From: an uncultured Pelagibacteraceae bacterium
GTDB lineage: Bacteria > Pseudomonadota > Alphaproteobacteria > Pelagibacterales > Pelagibacteraceae
Length of the DNA: 64,000 nucleotides
Reading direction: 5' to 3'
Assembly (NCBI GenBank): GCA_902527265.1
Contig: CABZNY010000005.1
Coordinates: 2,511 to 66,510, forward strand
Of the stretch, positions 22,663 through 34,957 are shown piece by piece. Below the pieces are notes generated by a model. It searched no databases and had not been told where the DNA came from. It saw only the letters and a program-made list of their open reading frames with translations. Both the position numbers and the translations under genes were made by a program. Numbering within the stretch: the stretch's first letter is position 1; the number at the start of each line of letters is the position of its first letter.

Positions 22663-22663
22663 T

Positions 22664-23083
22664 TTGAAAAAAATCTATATTGCATCTGATCACGCTGGAT
22701 TTAACTTAAAAGAGAGTATTAAAAAAAAATTTTCTTCAAAATTTGAAGTTTTAGATTTAGGTCCAAAGCATTCAAAAAAATCAGTAAACTATCCAGATTA
22801 TGCCCATAAATTATCAAAAAAGATAAAAAAAGAGAATATTGGCATTTTAGTATGTGGGTCAGGAATGGGTATGGCAATGACTGCTAATAAGCACAAAAAT
22901 ATAAGGGCGGCATTATGTTATTCGGTAAAAAACGCTAAATTATCTAGATTGCATAATGATGCAAATGTTATTACATTAGGAGAAAGGTTGATTAGTAAAA
23001 ATTTAGCCTTTAAATGTGTAAATGCATTCTTAAATACTAAGTTTGAGGGTGGAAGACACTTAAAAAGAGTAAAAAAAATATAA
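22664..23083 (+). CDS. rpiB: Ribose-5-phosphate isomerase B
   Basis: SDHAG, YPDYA, CGSGMG, HNDAN, FEGGRH. Confidence 0.94.
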   Translation: MKKIYIASDHAGFNLKESIKKKFSSKFEVLDLGPKHSKKSVNYPDYAHKLSKKIKKENIGILVCGSGMGMAMTANKHKNIRAALCYSVKNAKLSRLHNDANVITLGERLISKNLAFKCVNAFLNTKFEGGRHLKRVKKI

Positions 23084-23088
23084 AAATT

Positions 23089-24399
23089 ATGTCAAGTGAA
23101 ACAAAATATTTAAATAGTGAGTATAAAGACTTCTTTGAAAAAAGTTTATTAGATAGTGATCCTGAAATTTATAAAGCCATTAATGATGAGTTGGTTCGTC
23201 AACAAAATCATATTGAATTAATTGCATCTGAAAATATTGTATCTCAAGCAGTACTTGAAGCTCAAGGCTCAGTACTAACAAATAAGTATGCTGAAGGATA
23301 CCCAGGCAAAAGATACTATAATGGTTGTGAACATGTCGATGTAGCTGAACAATTAGCTATAGATAGACTTAAAGAATTATTTAATTGTAAATTTGCCAAC
23401 GCCCAACCTCATTCAGGGGCTCAGGCAAACGGCGCTGTGTTTTTAGCTTTGCTAAAACCTGGCGATACTTTTATGGGAATGAGTTTGAATTCAGGAGGAC
23501 ATATAACTCATGGTTTAAAAATTTCAATGTCAGGAAAATGGTTTAATGCAATTGGATATGAGGTTGATAATGAATCTGAACTTATTGATTATGATAATGT
23601 TGAAAAACTTGCGCTAGAGCACAAACCTAAACTTATAATTGCAGGCGGGAGTGCTTATTCAAGAGTAATTGATTTTAAAAGATTTAGAGAAATAGCTGAT
23701 AAGGTTGGAGCATACTTAATGGTTGATATGGCTCATTTTTCTGGTTTAGTTGCTGGCAAAGGATACCCAAATCCATGTGACTATGCACATGTAGTTACAT
23801 CAACTACTCACAAAGTATTTAGAAGTGCAAGAGGTGGAATTATATTAACCAATCATGAAGATCTATCAAAAAAATTTAATACAGCTGTTTTCCCTGGATA
23901 CCAAGGAGGACCATTAATGCACATCATAGCTGCAAAAGCAGTTGGATTTAAAGAAGCATTAAAACCAGAATTTAAAGATTATATAAAAACAGTTTTGGCA
24001 AATGCAAAAATTTTAGCTGAAACTTTAAAAAATAATGGTTTTAAAATTTATTCTGGTGGAACTGACACACATCTGATGTTAGTTGACTTAAGACCTTTTA
24101 ATGTAAAAGGAAATGCAGCTGCGGAAAGCTTATCAAGAGCAAACATTACATGTAACAAAAACGGTATTCCTTTTGATACTGAAAGCCCAATGGTAACATC
24201 TGGAATTAGATTAGGTTCTCAAGCTGCTACAACAAGAGGTTTTGGATTAAAAGAATTTCAAAAAGTAGGTGATTTAATAACAAAAACTATAAAAGGATTG
24301 GCAGAAAATCCTGAAGATAACTCAAAAACTGAGGATGAAGTAAGAAAAGAAGTTGTTAGCCTATGTTCGAATTTTCCTATATATAAGCACTTGGGTTAG
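23089..24399 (+). CDS. glyA: Serine hydroxymethyltransferase
   Basis: [24 protein letters not shown] lysine. Confidence 0.97.
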   Translation: MSSETKYLNSEYKDFFEKSLLDSDPEIYKAINDELVRQQNHIELIASENIVSQAVLEAQGSVLTNKYAEGYPGKRYYNGCEHVDVAEQLAIDRLKELFNCKFANAQPHSGAQANGAVFLALLKPGDTFMGMSLNSGGHITHGLKISMSGKWFNAIGYEVDNESELIDYDNVEKLALEHKPKLIIAGGSAYSRVIDFKRFREIADKVGAYLMVDMAHFSGLVAGKGYPNPCDYAHVVTSTTHKVFRSARGGIILTNHEDLSKKFNTAVFPGYQGGPLMHIIAAKAVGFKEALKPEFKDYIKTVLANAKILAETLKNNGFKIYSGGTDTHLMLVDLRPFNVKGNAAAESLSRANITCNKNGIPFDTESPMVTSGIRLGSQAATTRGFGLKEFQKVGDLITKTIKGLAENPEDNSKTEDEVRKEVVSLCSNFPIYKHLG

Positions 24400-24408
24400 C
24401 TTAAGCTT

Positions 24409-24867
24409 ATGATATGTCCTATATGTAAAAAAGGCGACACATCTGTTGTCGATTCAAGACCAACTGAAGATGGAACCACAATAAGAAGAAGAAGACTTTG
24501 TACATGTGGACAAAGATTTACAACATTTGAAAGAGTTCAATTTAGAGAACTTACAGTAGTTAAAAAAAATGGAAGGAAATCTTCTTTTGATAGAGAAAAA
24601 CTTTCTAAATCAATTTATGTTGCTTTAAAGAAAAGACCTATTGATACTGAAACAACCGAAAAATTTATTTCAAAAGTAAGTAGAGCACTAGAAGAATTAG
24701 GTCAAAGTGAAATATTGTCAAATACAATCGGAACAATGGTTATGGAGGGACTAAAAGAACTTGACCCTGTAGCATACGTTCGATTTGCATCAGTCTATAG
24801 AAACTTCAGAGAAGAAAAAGACTTTGTTCAATTTGTGGATAGAATTGATGTCTTTAAAAAAAGATAA
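24409..24867 (+). CDS. nrdR: Transcriptional repressor NrdR
   Basis: CP.C, IRRRR.C..RFTTFE, ATP cone, AYVRFASVY. Confidence 0.96.
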   Translation: MICPICKKGDTSVVDSRPTEDGTTIRRRRLCTCGQRFTTFERVQFRELTVVKKNGRKSSFDREKLSKSIYVALKKRPIDTETTEKFISKVSRALEELGQSEILSNTIGTMVMEGLKELDPVAYVRFASVYRNFREEKDFVQFVDRIDVFKKR

Positions 24868-25945
24868 TTTTAAATCATCAGATAAAAAAATCATGAACTT
24901 TGCTATAAGATTAGCAGAGAATAATAAGTATTTAACTGGCACAAATCCATCTGTTGGATGTGTAATTGTAAAAAATAATGAAATCTTATCTTTTGCATCT
25001 ACTAATAATGGTGGTAGACCACATGCAGAAAGCATTGCTTTAAATAAAAATAGATATAATAAAGGAACATCGCTTTACTCGACACTTGAGCCTTGTTCTC
25101 ATCATGGGGTAACACCTCCTTGCACAAATGCAATAATAAAAAATAAAGTTAAGAGAGTATATTACTCAATTGAGGATAAAGATTTACGAACATTTAATAA
25201 AACTAAAAAGATTTTAAAGTCTAAAAAAATAGTTGCAAAATCAGGACTTCAAAAACAAAACGTTAAGAACCTTTATAAAGAATATAATTATATAAGATCT
25301 AACAAAGCCCCTTATGTAATTGGAAAAATTGCAAGTTCATCAAATTTAAATATTTTAAGAAACAATTCTTTTATAACAAATGAACATTCAAGAAGAGTTT
25401 CACATATCTTAAGATTTCAAAATCACGCAATATTAACTTCTTACAAAACAATAAATACAGACAACCCTAAACTTAATTGTAGATTAAATGGATTAGAGAA
25501 ATTCTCACCTACTGTAGTTGTTATAGATAAGAATTTAAAAATAAAAATTAACTCTTATGTGATTAAAAATTCAACAAATAGTAAATTAATTATATTTCAT
25601 TGTTCTCAAAATAACGCAAAGATTAAATTGCTAAAAAATATGGGTGTCAAACTTATTAATCAAAAACTTGTAAATAATACTAATTTTAAACTTAGAAGTA
25701 TCACTCAAAAACTTTATACATTAGGACTTCATAGGTTATTAGTGGAGTCAGGTAAGGATTTAATGATTAATTTCCTTAATGAAAATTTATTAAATGAATT
25801 TTACTTTTTTAAAAGCGACAAAATATTATCTAATAAAGATAAAATTAATATATCTTCCTTAGTAAAAATGATTAATAAAAACTACAAAAATAAAAAAAAA
25901 ATAAACACATATTTAGATAAAGATACACTTACTCACTATTATTAA
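24848..25945 (+). CDS. ribD: Riboflavin biosynthesis deaminase/reductase
   Basis: [24 protein letters not shown]; start inferred at MSLKK. Confidence 0.9.
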   Translation: MSLKKDNFKSSDKKIMNFAIRLAENNKYLTGTNPSVGCVIVKNNEILSFASTNNGGRPHAESIALNKNRYNKGTSLYSTLEPCSHHGVTPPCTNAIIKNKVKRVYYSIEDKDLRTFNKTKKILKSKKIVAKSGLQKQNVKNLYKEYNYIRSNKAPYVIGKIASSSNLNILRNNSFITNEHSRRVSHILRFQNHAILTSYKTINTDNPKLNCRLNGLEKFSPTVVVIDKNLKIKINSYVIKNSTNSKLIIFHCSQNNAKIKLLKNMGVKLINQKLVNNTNFKLRSITQKLYTLGLHRLLVESGKDLMINFLNENLLNEFYFFKSDKILSNKDKINISSLVKMINKNYKNKKKINTYLDKDTLTHYY

Positions 25946-25946
25946 A

Positions 25947-26540
25947 ATGTTTAATGGAATTATATTCAATAAAGGCATAATTAACAAAATCCAAAAAAGA
26001 CAAAAGGGTGTTAATTTATTTGTAAAATCTTCTTTGAAAGTTTCGAATAAAAACCTTGGTATTTCTATTTCTTGTGATGGTGTTTGTCTTACTTTAATTT
26101 CTTACAAGAATAAGACTTTAGAATTCTATCTTTCAAATGAAACTTTGGCTAAATCCAAATTTAGAAATATTAAAATTGGAGATGAAATTAATTTAGAAAA
26201 ACCCTTAAAATTTGGTGACAATATTTCAGGACATATTTGCCAAGGTCATGTTGATACAGTTTGTTCTGTAAAAAGTATTAAGAAAGTTGATAAATCAAAT
26301 ATTTTTGAATTTAAATTAACAAAATCACTTAAGAGGCAATTAGTAGAAAAAGCTTCTATATTAATAAATGGAGTATCACTAACAATATCAAAAATAAAAA
26401 AAAATTCTTTTGAAATATGGATTATACCTCACACATTAAAATTAACTAACTTAATTACTCTTAAAAAAAAAGATTTGGTCAATGTTGAGATTGATATTAT
26501 GTCAAAATATGTAAAGAAATTTATCAATGAAAAAAAGTAA
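25947..26540 (+). CDS. ribE: Riboflavin synthase alpha chain
   Basis: MFNGII, DGVCLT, GHVD, NGVSLT, VNVEID. Confidence 0.93.
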   Translation: MFNGIIFNKGIINKIQKRQKGVNLFVKSSLKVSNKNLGISISCDGVCLTLISYKNKTLEFYLSNETLAKSKFRNIKIGDEINLEKPLKFGDNISGHICQGHVDTVCSVKSIKKVDKSNIFEFKLTKSLKRQLVEKASILINGVSLTISKIKKNSFEIWIIPHTLKLTNLITLKKKDLVNVEIDIMSKYVKKFINEKK

Positions 26541-27642
26541 TTTTAGCTCAATAGAAAGTATCATTAAGACAGTTAAAAAAAATGGAATGTTTATTCTTGT
26601 TGACGATGAGAGCAAACATGAAGAAATGGAAAATGAAGGTGATTTAGTAATTTCCACATCAGCTGTTAATCCTAATCATATTAATTTCATGGCCAAACAT
26701 GCTAGGGGATTAATCTGTTTAGCAATGGATAATGCTCAATCAAAAAAAATTGGATTAACTTTGGCATCACCAATAAATCAATCCAGAAGCAAAACTGCCT
26801 TTACCTACTCTATAGAAGCTAAAAAAGGTGTTACAACAGGTATATCAGCATACGATAGAGCTAGAACAATTAAAGCTGCATCAAATAAAAATGCAAAAAA
26901 AAACGATATTGTATCTCCAGGGCATATTTTTCCAGTTATAGCAAGAGATGGAGGTGTACTTGTTAGAGCAGGGCATACCGAGGCTTCTGTTGATATATCA
27001 AAACTTGCTAAAAAAAATAATTCAGCTGTTATTTGTGAAATTATGGCAGATGACGGAAAAATGGCGACAGGTAAAACATTATTTAATTTTGCTAAAAAAC
27101 ATAAGCTAAAAATAGGTAAGATTGAAGATTTAATTGCTTATAGGCTAAAGAGAGAAAAACTTGTTAAATTAAAAAAAACTTCTTCAATAATTGTTCATAA
27201 ACAGAAATTTAAAATAAAAATATTTGAAAATATGCTTGATGGATCAGAGAACTTTGCACTGATAAAAGGAACTTTAAAGAAAGGAGTCGTCCCTAGATTA
27301 AGAGTAATATCATCTAACGTAGTTCAAAATTATTTAATTAATCAAAAACTTCCAAATTCATTTGATAAAACAATCTCTTATTTCAAAAAATATAATAATT
27401 GTGTTCTTGTGTTTATAAGAGACCCTAATTTAAAATCTGTAACTCAAACACTCAAACAGTACAATAGTAAAACTTTTTATAAAAAAGGTCATGACAAATT
27501 GATTAGAAACTATGGTATAGGGGCTCAAATTATTAAATCTTTAAATATTAAAAATATGATACTTGTTACTAGATCAAAAAAAAAAGTGATAGGTTTAGAA
27601 GGTTATGGCATTAAAATTAAGAAACAGGAAATTATAAAATGA
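26527..27642 (+). CDS. ribB: DHBP synthase fused to a degenerate GTP cyclohydrolase II-like domain (RibBX type)
   Basis: ENEGDL, TTGISAYDRA, RAGHTEA, ICEIM; C-domain keeps YGIGAQI but lacks Zn-binding Cys motif. Confidence 0.9.
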   Translation: MKKSNFSSIESIIKTVKKNGMFILVDDESKHEEMENEGDLVISTSAVNPNHINFMAKHARGLICLAMDNAQSKKIGLTLASPINQSRSKTAFTYSIEAKKGVTTGISAYDRARTIKAASNKNAKKNDIVSPGHIFPVIARDGGVLVRAGHTEASVDISKLAKKNNSAVICEIMADDGKMATGKTLFNFAKKHKLKIGKIEDLIAYRLKREKLVKLKKTSSIIVHKQKFKIKIFENMLDGSENFALIKGTLKKGVVPRLRVISSNVVQNYLINQKLPNSFDKTISYFKKYNNCVLVFIRDPNLKSVTQTLKQYNSKTFYKKGHDKLIRNYGIGAQIIKSLNIKNMILVTRSKKKVIGLEGYGIKIKKQEIIK

Positions 27643-28025
27643 AAAAAAAAATTCTAATTGTTGTTGCAAGTTATTATGAAAATATTGCAAGGTCTTTATT
27701 AAAAAGTGCAAAAAATAAAATTAAAAATAAATGTAATATCAAAGTCATTAATGTCCCTGGTGCATTTGAGATACCTGTAACTATATCCAAAAATTTAAAT
27801 AAATTTAATGGATTCATTGCTTTAGGATGTGTGATTAAAGGTCAAACACCTCATTTTGATTTTATATCAAAAGCAACTACTGATGCATTAATAACATTAT
27901 CAATTACATCTAAGAAACCTGTAGGGAATGGTGTAATTACCTGCTTAAACAAAAAACAAGCATCTGCACGTGGCAGGAAAGGTTCAGAAGCTGCGGAGGC
28001 AGTTTTGTCTGTTTTATCTCAATAA
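27639..28025 (+). CDS. ribH: 6,7-dimethyl-8-ribityllumazine synthase
   Basis: VPGAFEIP, LGCVIKGQTPHFD. Confidence 0.95.
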   Translation: MKKKILIVVASYYENIARSLLKSAKNKIKNKCNIKVINVPGAFEIPVTISKNLNKFNGFIALGCVIKGQTPHFDFISKATTDALITLSITSKKPVGNGVITCLNKKQASARGRKGSEAAEAVLSVLSQ

Positions 28026-28028
28026 ATT

Positions 28029-28433
28029 ATGTCAGTTCAATTTTCACCTCAAAGAAATCCTAGAGTAATAATTATACAAAAACTTTATGGGAAACTTTTT
28101 AATAATGAGGAAAATATAACTTTTCCTAAACATAGATTTAAAAAATTTATAAAAGATATAGTGAACGGAACTTTAGAAAGAGAAGAGTTAATTAATACAG
28201 AAATTAATAATCATTTAGAGCAAGATTTAAAAATTAAAAATATGGATAAAGTTTTTCAAATTATAATTAAAAGTGCAATTTTTGAGTTCTTATATAAACC
28301 AAATACTTCAATTAAGATTATTATAAACGAATATTTGAAAGCATCAAATTTTTTTATTGATGACTCACAAACTAAATATTTAAATGCATTATTAGATAAA
28401 ATTTCAAAAAAAATTAGAATTACTAATGAATGA
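28029..28433 (+). CDS. nusB: Transcription antitermination factor NusB
   Basis: IIINEY, YLNALLD; conserved ribH-nusB-thiL order. Confidence 0.85.
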   Translation: MSVQFSPQRNPRVIIIQKLYGKLFNNEENITFPKHRFKKFIKDIVNGTLEREELINTEINNHLEQDLKIKNMDKVFQIIIKSAIFEFLYKPNTSIKIIINEYLKASNFFIDDSQTKYLNALLDKISKKIRITNE

Positions 28434-29385
28434 ATTTGCTCTAATTCAAAAGTACTTTAAAAAATTAACTTATAATAACCCATCTGCATTAGAACTAAAT
28501 GATGACGTTTTTTTTGATAAAAAACGTAACGTTGTTGTTTCCACTGATACTTATGTGGAAGGTGTTCATTTCCTAAATTTTAAAAATCCTGATTTAGTTA
28601 TAAAAAAAATAGTAAGATCTTCAATATCAGATTTATATTGCAAGGGTGTAAAACCAAAATTTATTTTTATAGGTGCTAGTGGAAACAATAATTCTTTTTC
28701 AAAAAAAAATCTCAATATTATTTCTAAAAGTCTTAAAGAAGAACAAAAGAAATATGATATTAAACTATCTGGTGGCGATACTACAAAGTCAAAAAAAACA
28801 ATTTTTACAATAATGTCATTAGGTTATTCAAAAAAAATAGTTCAAAGAAATAAATGTAATAATGGTGATGATATATATGTAACTGGAAACATTGGTGATA
28901 GCTACTTGGGATTACAAATTTTAAAAAGACATATTTTATTAAATAGAAAAAAGTATAATTATTTTATTAAAAAATATTATTTACCTGACTTACCTATTAA
29001 GATCAGCTCAAATCTTTTAAATTTTGCAAATTCCTCAATTGATATCTCAGATGGCTTATTTGGAGATTTGAGTAAATTAATCAATAAAAGTGAACTATTT
29101 TATAAAATAGAACTAAATAAAATTCCAATTTCAATAAATTTGAAAAGATATCTTTCTAAATCAAAAAAAAAGAAGATCAACTTCATTTCAAAGGGCGATG
29201 ACTATCAAATTATATTCACATCTCCAAAATCAAAGAGAGATTATATTCAAAAATTTTTCAAAAAGATGAATCAGAAAGTAACACTAATTGGCAATTTAAC
29301 TAAAGATGCAAAAAATAATGAAATTATTGATGGTAATAAACGAATAAAACATGCATATAATGAAGGATATTTGCACAATTTCTAA
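28426..29385 (+). CDS. thiL: Thiamine-monophosphate kinase
   Basis: EF.LI..YF, EGVHF, GGDT, DISDGL, GDDYQ. Confidence 0.92.
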   Translation: MNEFALIQKYFKKLTYNNPSALELNDDVFFDKKRNVVVSTDTYVEGVHFLNFKNPDLVIKKIVRSSISDLYCKGVKPKFIFIGASGNNNSFSKKNLNIISKSLKEEQKKYDIKLSGGDTTKSKKTIFTIMSLGYSKKIVQRNKCNNGDDIYVTGNIGDSYLGLQILKRHILLNRKKYNYFIKKYYLPDLPIKISSNLLNFANSSIDISDGLFGDLSKLINKSELFYKIELNKIPISINLKRYLSKSKKKKINFISKGDDYQIIFTSPKSKRDYIQKFFKKMNQKVTLIGNLTKDAKNNEIIDGNKRIKHAYNEGYLHNF

Positions 29386-29459
29386 TAAAGTTAAATATTG
29401 CGTTTTATATCATATTTTGTATTACATGTTTTTCATAAATTAAATTAACAAAGGAACCA

Positions 29460-31565
29460 ATGAACACATCAACTGAAACAATAATGTATTATATTATAGC
29501 TGCTGGAATATTATCAATCGTTTACGGTTTTATAACAGGAAGAAATATTTTAAATTCAAGCTCAGGTAATGCTAAAATGCTAGAAATCGCATCTGCAATT
29601 CAGGAGGGTGCTAGAGCATATTTAAATAGACAATATAAAACTATTGCAATTGTTGGTGTTGTAGTTCTGGTTATAATTACAATTTTGTTCAGTCCTCTAG
29701 TTGGATTAGGTTATTTTATTGGAGCTGCATTATCAGGTATTGCGGGTTATGTAGGTATGATTGTATCTGTTCAAGCAAACGTCAGAACCGCTGAAGCTTC
29801 AAGAAAAAGTTTAGCTAGTGGTTTATCAATTGCATTTAAATCAGGTGCCGTAACTGGTATGTTAGTTGCTGGATTAGCTTTACTTGCAATAGCTGTATAT
29901 TATTATTTTTTAGTAAAGAATGGAATTGAAGAAAGAGAAATAGTTAATGCTTTAGTTGCATTAGGCTTTGGTGCTTCATTAATTTCAATTTTTGCGAGAC
30001 TGGGTGGAGGAATTTTTACAAAGGGAGCGGACGTTGGTGCCGATTTAGTAGGTAAAGTTGAAGCTGGTATACCAGAGGACGACCCAAGAAATCCAGCTGT
30101 GATAGCTGACAATGTTGGTGATAATGTTGGAGATTGTGCTGGTATGGCAGCTGATCTTTTTGAAACTTATGCTGTAACTATTGTTGCCACAATGGTTCTT
30201 TCATCTATTTTCTTTGTAAATGATTTTAATATGATGATCTATCCTTTAGCAATTGGTGGTGCTTGTATATTAACGTCAATTCTTGGAACTTTTTTTGTTA
30301 CTCTTGGAAGTGATAAAAATATTATGAAAGCAATGTATAAAGGATTTGTAATAACAGCTATTAGTTCATTGGTAATTTTATTTCCAATCACAAAGCTTGT
30401 TATAGGCTTTACAACAGAATATGTGGTTAATGGAAAGTCATTTAATGGTTTAAGTCTTTATTTTTGTGGAATCATCGGTTTAGTTATAACAGGACTAATA
30501 ATTTGGATTACAGAATATTATACGGGAACAGATTACAGACCTGTTAAAAGTGTGGCTCAATCATCAACAACAGGACATGGTACAAATGTTATTCAAGGTT
30601 TAGCTGTTTCCATGGAGGCTACAGCTGTTCCAGCATTAATAATTGTTGGAGGAATTTTATGGACTAATCATATAGCAGGACTTTATGGTATTGCTATAGC
30701 TGTTACTACAATGTTGGCGCTAGCTGGAATGGTTGTTGCTTTAGATGCTTATGGACCTGTTACAGACAATGCTGGTGGTATTGCTGAAATGTCAAATCTT
30801 CCAAAAAATGTTCGTAAAACGACCGATGCTCTTGATGCGGTTGGAAATACAACAAAAGCTGTAACTAAAGGTTATGCAATAGGTTCTGCAGGCCTTGGTG
30901 CATTGGTTCTTTTTGCGGCATACACTGAAGATATAAAACATTTTTCAAAAGTTGCTGGGTCGAATTTAGAGGGTATAGCCGTTACTTTTGATTTGTCTAA
31001 TCCATACGTAGTTGTCGGACTTCTTATAGGTGGAATGCTTCCTTATCTTTTTGGATCAATGGGTATGCAAGCAGTAGGTAGAGCAGGTGGTGCTGTTGTT
31101 ATTGAGGTAAGAAGACAATTTAAAAAAATACCTGGAATTATGAAAAGAAAAGCTAAACCTGATTATGGGAAGCTCGTTGATTTATTAACAAGAGCTGCAA
31201 TCAAAGAAATGATAATTCCATCATTGTTACCAATTTTATCCCCAATTGTTTTATACGTAGTAATTTATTTTATAGGTGGACAAGTCGCAGCATTATCATC
31301 TTTAGGAGCAATGTTATTAGGAGTTATTATAACAGGTCTATTTGTTGCTGTTTCAATGACTGCCGGAGGTGGAGCATGGGATAATGCTAAGAAATATATT
31401 GAAGATGGAAAATTTGGAGGAAAGGGGTCAGAGGCTCATAAAGCTGCTGTAACAGGTGATACTGTTGGTGATCCATATAAAGATACAGCAGGTCCAGCAG
31501 TTAATCCAATGATTAAAATTACAAATATTGTGGCTCTACTTTTGCTTGCCGTTATTGCAGGATAA
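29460..31565 (+). CDS. hppA: Membrane-bound ion-translocating pyrophosphatase, K+-independent signature
   Basis: [26 protein letters not shown] (Lys at the K+-determinant position), [10 protein letters not shown]. Confidence 0.95.
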   Translation: MNTSTETIMYYIIAAGILSIVYGFITGRNILNSSSGNAKMLEIASAIQEGARAYLNRQYKTIAIVGVVVLVIITILFSPLVGLGYFIGAALSGIAGYVGMIVSVQANVRTAEASRKSLASGLSIAFKSGAVTGMLVAGLALLAIAVYYYFLVKNGIEEREIVNALVALGFGASLISIFARLGGGIFTKGADVGADLVGKVEAGIPEDDPRNPAVIADNVGDNVGDCAGMAADLFETYAVTIVATMVLSSIFFVNDFNMMIYPLAIGGACILTSILGTFFVTLGSDKNIMKAMYKGFVITAISSLVILFPITKLVIGFTTEYVVNGKSFNGLSLYFCGIIGLVITGLIIWITEYYTGTDYRPVKSVAQSSTTGHGTNVIQGLAVSMEATAVPALIIVGGILWTNHIAGLYGIAIAVTTMLALAGMVVALDAYGPVTDNAGGIAEMSNLPKNVRKTTDALDAVGNTTKAVTKGYAIGSAGLGALVLFAAYTEDIKHFSKVAGSNLEGIAVTFDLSNPYVVVGLLIGGMLPYLFGSMGMQAVGRAGGAVVIEVRRQFKKIPGIMKRKAKPDYGKLVDLLTRAAIKEMIIPSLLPILSPIVLYVVIYFIGGQVAALSSLGAMLLGVIITGLFVAVSMTAGGGAWDNAKKYIEDGKFGGKGSEAHKAAVTGDTVGDPYKDTAGPAVNPMIKITNIVALLLLAVIAG

Positions 31566-31566
31566 T

Positions 31567-32529
31567 TCAGCTAATAAATTTTGTATAACTTTTATTCCAA
31601 AGTTTTAACCAATCTTCGGTTGTAGCAGGATGATCTCTGGATATATGATAAGATAAAGAATTAACTGGAGATAAACATAAATTATTTTTGTAAATTTCAT
31701 GCAATGGTTTTTCAAAAGGATTATTCTCTTTCTCACCTACCAATCTTATATTTTTTTCATATCTATTAAATAATTCTTTAGACATCATAAATGTTAGCAA
31801 TGTCTCTTCCACGGTTCTCCATTTATATTTTTTACCAATATATAGAGAAGTTTTATAACTTGAATCATAAAAGAATGGATAATCACTTGGACAAAGAAAT
31901 AAATCTTTTTCAAAAATGGTAGATAGTCTTGAATATGTAATTATCATTTCTTCAATACAATCTTCCTCAAAAATATAATCATCTTCTATAAAAAAAATTA
32001 AATCTTTTGAATTTTTTGCTTGGTCACAACATTCAAGATAAGATCCTCTATTTCCTTTAATTTTAGAAATAACAAAATTAATTTTTATTAAAGGGTCATT
32101 TAATAATTTACTTATACAATCGTCAAATTTTTTATCCGAAGTATCAGATATAAGATTAATTGTGATTTTTAATTTATTATCTGTTGAAAACTTTATGATA
32201 CTTTTCTTCAGACTATTTAAACTTGTCAATATAAGGTCTCTTTTGGTAATATTTGGAATTATTCTTTTCCATCTATCTGTTGAATTCCACATTAAATTAT
32301 TTGGTGCATATCTGTAAAAAATATCTATGCTTTTAACTTTTCTTTTTAATTTAAGAAAACCATTAGAAAGTATTATAGTTTCTTTATTGAGCTTAAAAGT
32401 ATTATTACCTGAGTTTTTATAATTAGGGTTAACTAGGTTTAATGTTTCTCTATCTAAAGCATAAACATTTAAAAGTTTAAGTATTAGTCTTTTAAAACTA
32501 CTTAATTTTTTATATTTTCTTGGAAACAT
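31567..32529 (-). CDS. Putative GT-A fold glycosyltransferase (GT2-like)
   Basis: IFFIEDDY DxD-like motif, GN.GSY; lies in glycosyltransferase cluster. Confidence 0.6.
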   Translation of the reverse strand: MFPRKYKKLSSFKRLILKLLNVYALDRETLNLVNPNYKNSGNNTFKLNKETIILSNGFLKLKRKVKSIDIFYRYAPNNLMWNSTDRWKRIIPNITKRDLILTSLNSLKKSIIKFSTDNKLKITINLISDTSDKKFDDCISKLLNDPLIKINFVISKIKGNRGSYLECCDQAKNSKDLIFFIEDDYIFEEDCIEEMIITYSRLSTIFEKDLFLCPSDYPFFYDSSYKTSLYIGKKYKWRTVEETLLTFMMSKELFNRYEKNIRLVGEKENNPFEKPLHEIYKNNLCLSPVNSLSYHISRDHPATTEDWLKLWNKSYTKFIS

Positions 32530-32575
32530 TATTTATATATTTAATTAACAGCATTTTGGCTGTATATAAAACATA

Positions 32576-32833
32576 ATGGTATATTATGTATATCTAATAA
32601 TATCAAAAAAACACAACAAATATAGATCTTATGTTGGTTATACTAATAACATTGAAAAAAGATTGCACCTTCACAATAATTCAAAGGGCGCTAAATATAC
32701 AAAAGGTAATATTTGGAAACTAATTTATTATAAGAAATATAAAGAAAAAATTTCGGCAATGAGAGAAGAATATAAATTAAAAAAAAATTACAAATTCCGT
32801 AATAAAATTAAAAGTCAATATATGAGTAAATAA
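32576..32833 (+). CDS. Small GIY-YIG nuclease family protein
   Basis: YYVYLI...SYVGYT, KRL..HN..KGAKYT, AMREE..LK. Confidence 0.88.
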   Translation: MVYYVYLIISKKHNKYRSYVGYTNNIEKRLHLHNNSKGAKYTKGNIWKLIYYKKYKEKISAMREEYKLKKNYKFRNKIKSQYMSK

Positions 32834-32834
32834 T

Positions 32835-34946
32835 ATGAATATTGGAATTTTATTACCTTATAAAGAGGATTATACACCAAAATATTCTGGCGCTGTGTCA
32901 ATTCATGTTTCAAATTTAATTAAATATTCAAAATATAAAAATACGACTATTGTTTTTGGTAACACTTTAAAAAAAAAATATTTATCAAAGAATTTTTATA
33001 ATATTAAAATTAATAAAAACTTATTTTCAAGTAATAATAAAAAATATTTAGAAAAATTTATTGAGATTAATAAAAGAAAACCACAAGATCTTATAGAAAT
33101 ACATAACAGGCCATCATATGTAAAAGATATTTCTGAAAATTTAAAATCGAACATAATGCTTTATTTTCATAACAACCCATTAACTCTGTCAGGTTCCAAA
33201 AGTTTATCTGATAGGTTAGAATTGTTAGACAGATGTGATTATATTTTTTTTAATAGTGTGTGGACTAAAAACAAATTTTTTACCAATATAGATGAAAATA
33301 AGTATATTTCAAATTTTGGTATCTGTTACCAATCCACTAAAAAAACTAAAATTAATATAAGTAAAAAAAAAAATATTATTTCATTTGTAGGTAAGCTTAA
33401 TACCGCAAAAGGTTATGACATATTTGGTGGTGCTATTCTGAAAATTCTTAATGAATATCCAAATTGGAAATCTATAGTAATAGGCGATGAACCAAGAGAG
33501 AAACATATATTTAAACACAAAAATCTTAAAGTAATCAATTTTAAGGAAAATTCATATGTACTAAATACTCTAAAGTATACAAGCATATTTGTAGCCTGTT
33601 CTAGATGGGAAGAACCTTTTGGAAGGTCCAGTCTAGAAGCGTCAAGTATGGCTTGTGCAACCATAATTACTGAAAGAGGTGGATTACCTGAAACTACCAA
33701 ATATCCAGTTTTATTAAAAAAACTAGATACAAATTCTTTATATATAGAAATTAAAAAACTTATAAATTCACCCAAACGTAGAGCTAAATTTCAAAAATTA
33801 AATTATAAATCTTTTAATCTTACTCATGAATATGTCTCAGATATTATAGATAAAGCTAGATTAAAGATTTTAGATGATGGTAAAATAAACAAATTTAACG
33901 TCAATAAAAATAGTAAATTAAAAATTATTCACATAACTAATTTTAATCAAAGATATTATGGTAGATTACAATATAATACAGGCATTAGACTTAATAATGG
34001 ATTAATAAGACTTGGACACAATGTAATAAGCTTATCTGATAGAGATTTAATAAATATATCAAAATCTTTTAAAGACCCTACAGGCTCTAAATACTTAAAT
34101 AATCTGATCTCAGAAACAATTAATAATTTTAAGCCTAATTTAGTAATTCTAGGTCATGCAGATAGAGTCGAAAATGAAATGCTAATAGACTCAAAAGAAA
34201 AATTTAAAAATCTAAGAATTTCTCAGTGGTTTCTAGATCCATTATCAAAGCAAGGTCCTGACTATACAAAGAATAAATCTAGAATACTTAATAAAATTGA
34301 TGCAATGGACAGTACATTTACAACAACGAGTCCAAGTGCCTTAGATTTCAAAATTAAAAATTCTTACTTTATGCCAAACCCATGTGATAAATCCCTAGAT
34401 AATCTAAAAAATTATAATCAGATGCCACATAATGATATTTTCTATGCAATTAGTCATGGCGTTCATAGGGGAGTGTTAAGAACAGGAAAAAAAGATGAAA
34501 GAGAAGTTTTTATAAGTAAATTAAAAAAAAAATGCAAAGATGTAGTAATTGATACATATGGAATGTTCGGAAAACAACCAATTTGGGGAGATAATTTTCT
34601 AAATGAACTTGCAAAGTCAAAAATGGGTCTAAATCTAAGCAGGGGTAGACCTATCAAATATTATAGTAGTGATAGACTAGCACAGCTTATGGGAAATGGA
34701 CTTCTAACATTTATTGATAAGAAAACTTGCTACAATGACTTCTTTAAAAAAGATGAAATGATATTTTACAATGATTTAGATGACCTTTCCGAAAAAATTT
34801 ATAAATATAAAAAAGATGATAAATTGAGACGTATAATCGCAAGAAAAGGTAGTTTAAAATATCACAAATATTTCAATTCTACATTAGTTGCAAAGTTTAT
34901 TGTTGATAAATCAGTAGGAATAAATTCTAAATTTTATTGGAACTAG
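32835..34946 (+). CDS. Two-domain glycosyltransferase (GT4 plus CgeB/Glyco_trans_1_2-like)
   Basis: FVGKL..AKG, SRWEEPFG..SLEA, GGLPE; second half LNLSRG..YSSDR. Confidence 0.82.
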   Translation: MNIGILLPYKEDYTPKYSGAVSIHVSNLIKYSKYKNTTIVFGNTLKKKYLSKNFYNIKINKNLFSSNNKKYLEKFIEINKRKPQDLIEIHNRPSYVKDISENLKSNIMLYFHNNPLTLSGSKSLSDRLELLDRCDYIFFNSVWTKNKFFTNIDENKYISNFGICYQSTKKTKINISKKKNIISFVGKLNTAKGYDIFGGAILKILNEYPNWKSIVIGDEPREKHIFKHKNLKVINFKENSYVLNTLKYTSIFVACSRWEEPFGRSSLEASSMACATIITERGGLPETTKYPVLLKKLDTNSLYIEIKKLINSPKRRAKFQKLNYKSFNLTHEYVSDIIDKARLKILDDGKINKFNVNKNSKLKIIHITNFNQRYYGRLQYNTGIRLNNGLIRLGHNVISLSDRDLINISKSFKDPTGSKYLNNLISETINNFKPNLVILGHADRVENEMLIDSKEKFKNLRISQWFLDPLSKQGPDYTKNKSRILNKIDAMDSTFTTTSPSALDFKIKNSYFMPNPCDKSLDNLKNYNQMPHNDIFYAISHGVHRGVLRTGKKDEREVFISKLKKKCKDVVIDTYGMFGKQPIWGDNFLNELAKSKMGLNLSRGRPIKYYSSDRLAQLMGNGLLTFIDKKTCYNDFFKKDEMIFYNDLDDLSEKIYKYKKDDKLRRIIARKGSLKYHKYFNSTLVAKFIVDKSVGINSKFYWN

Positions 34947-34957
34947 TAATTTAATAA

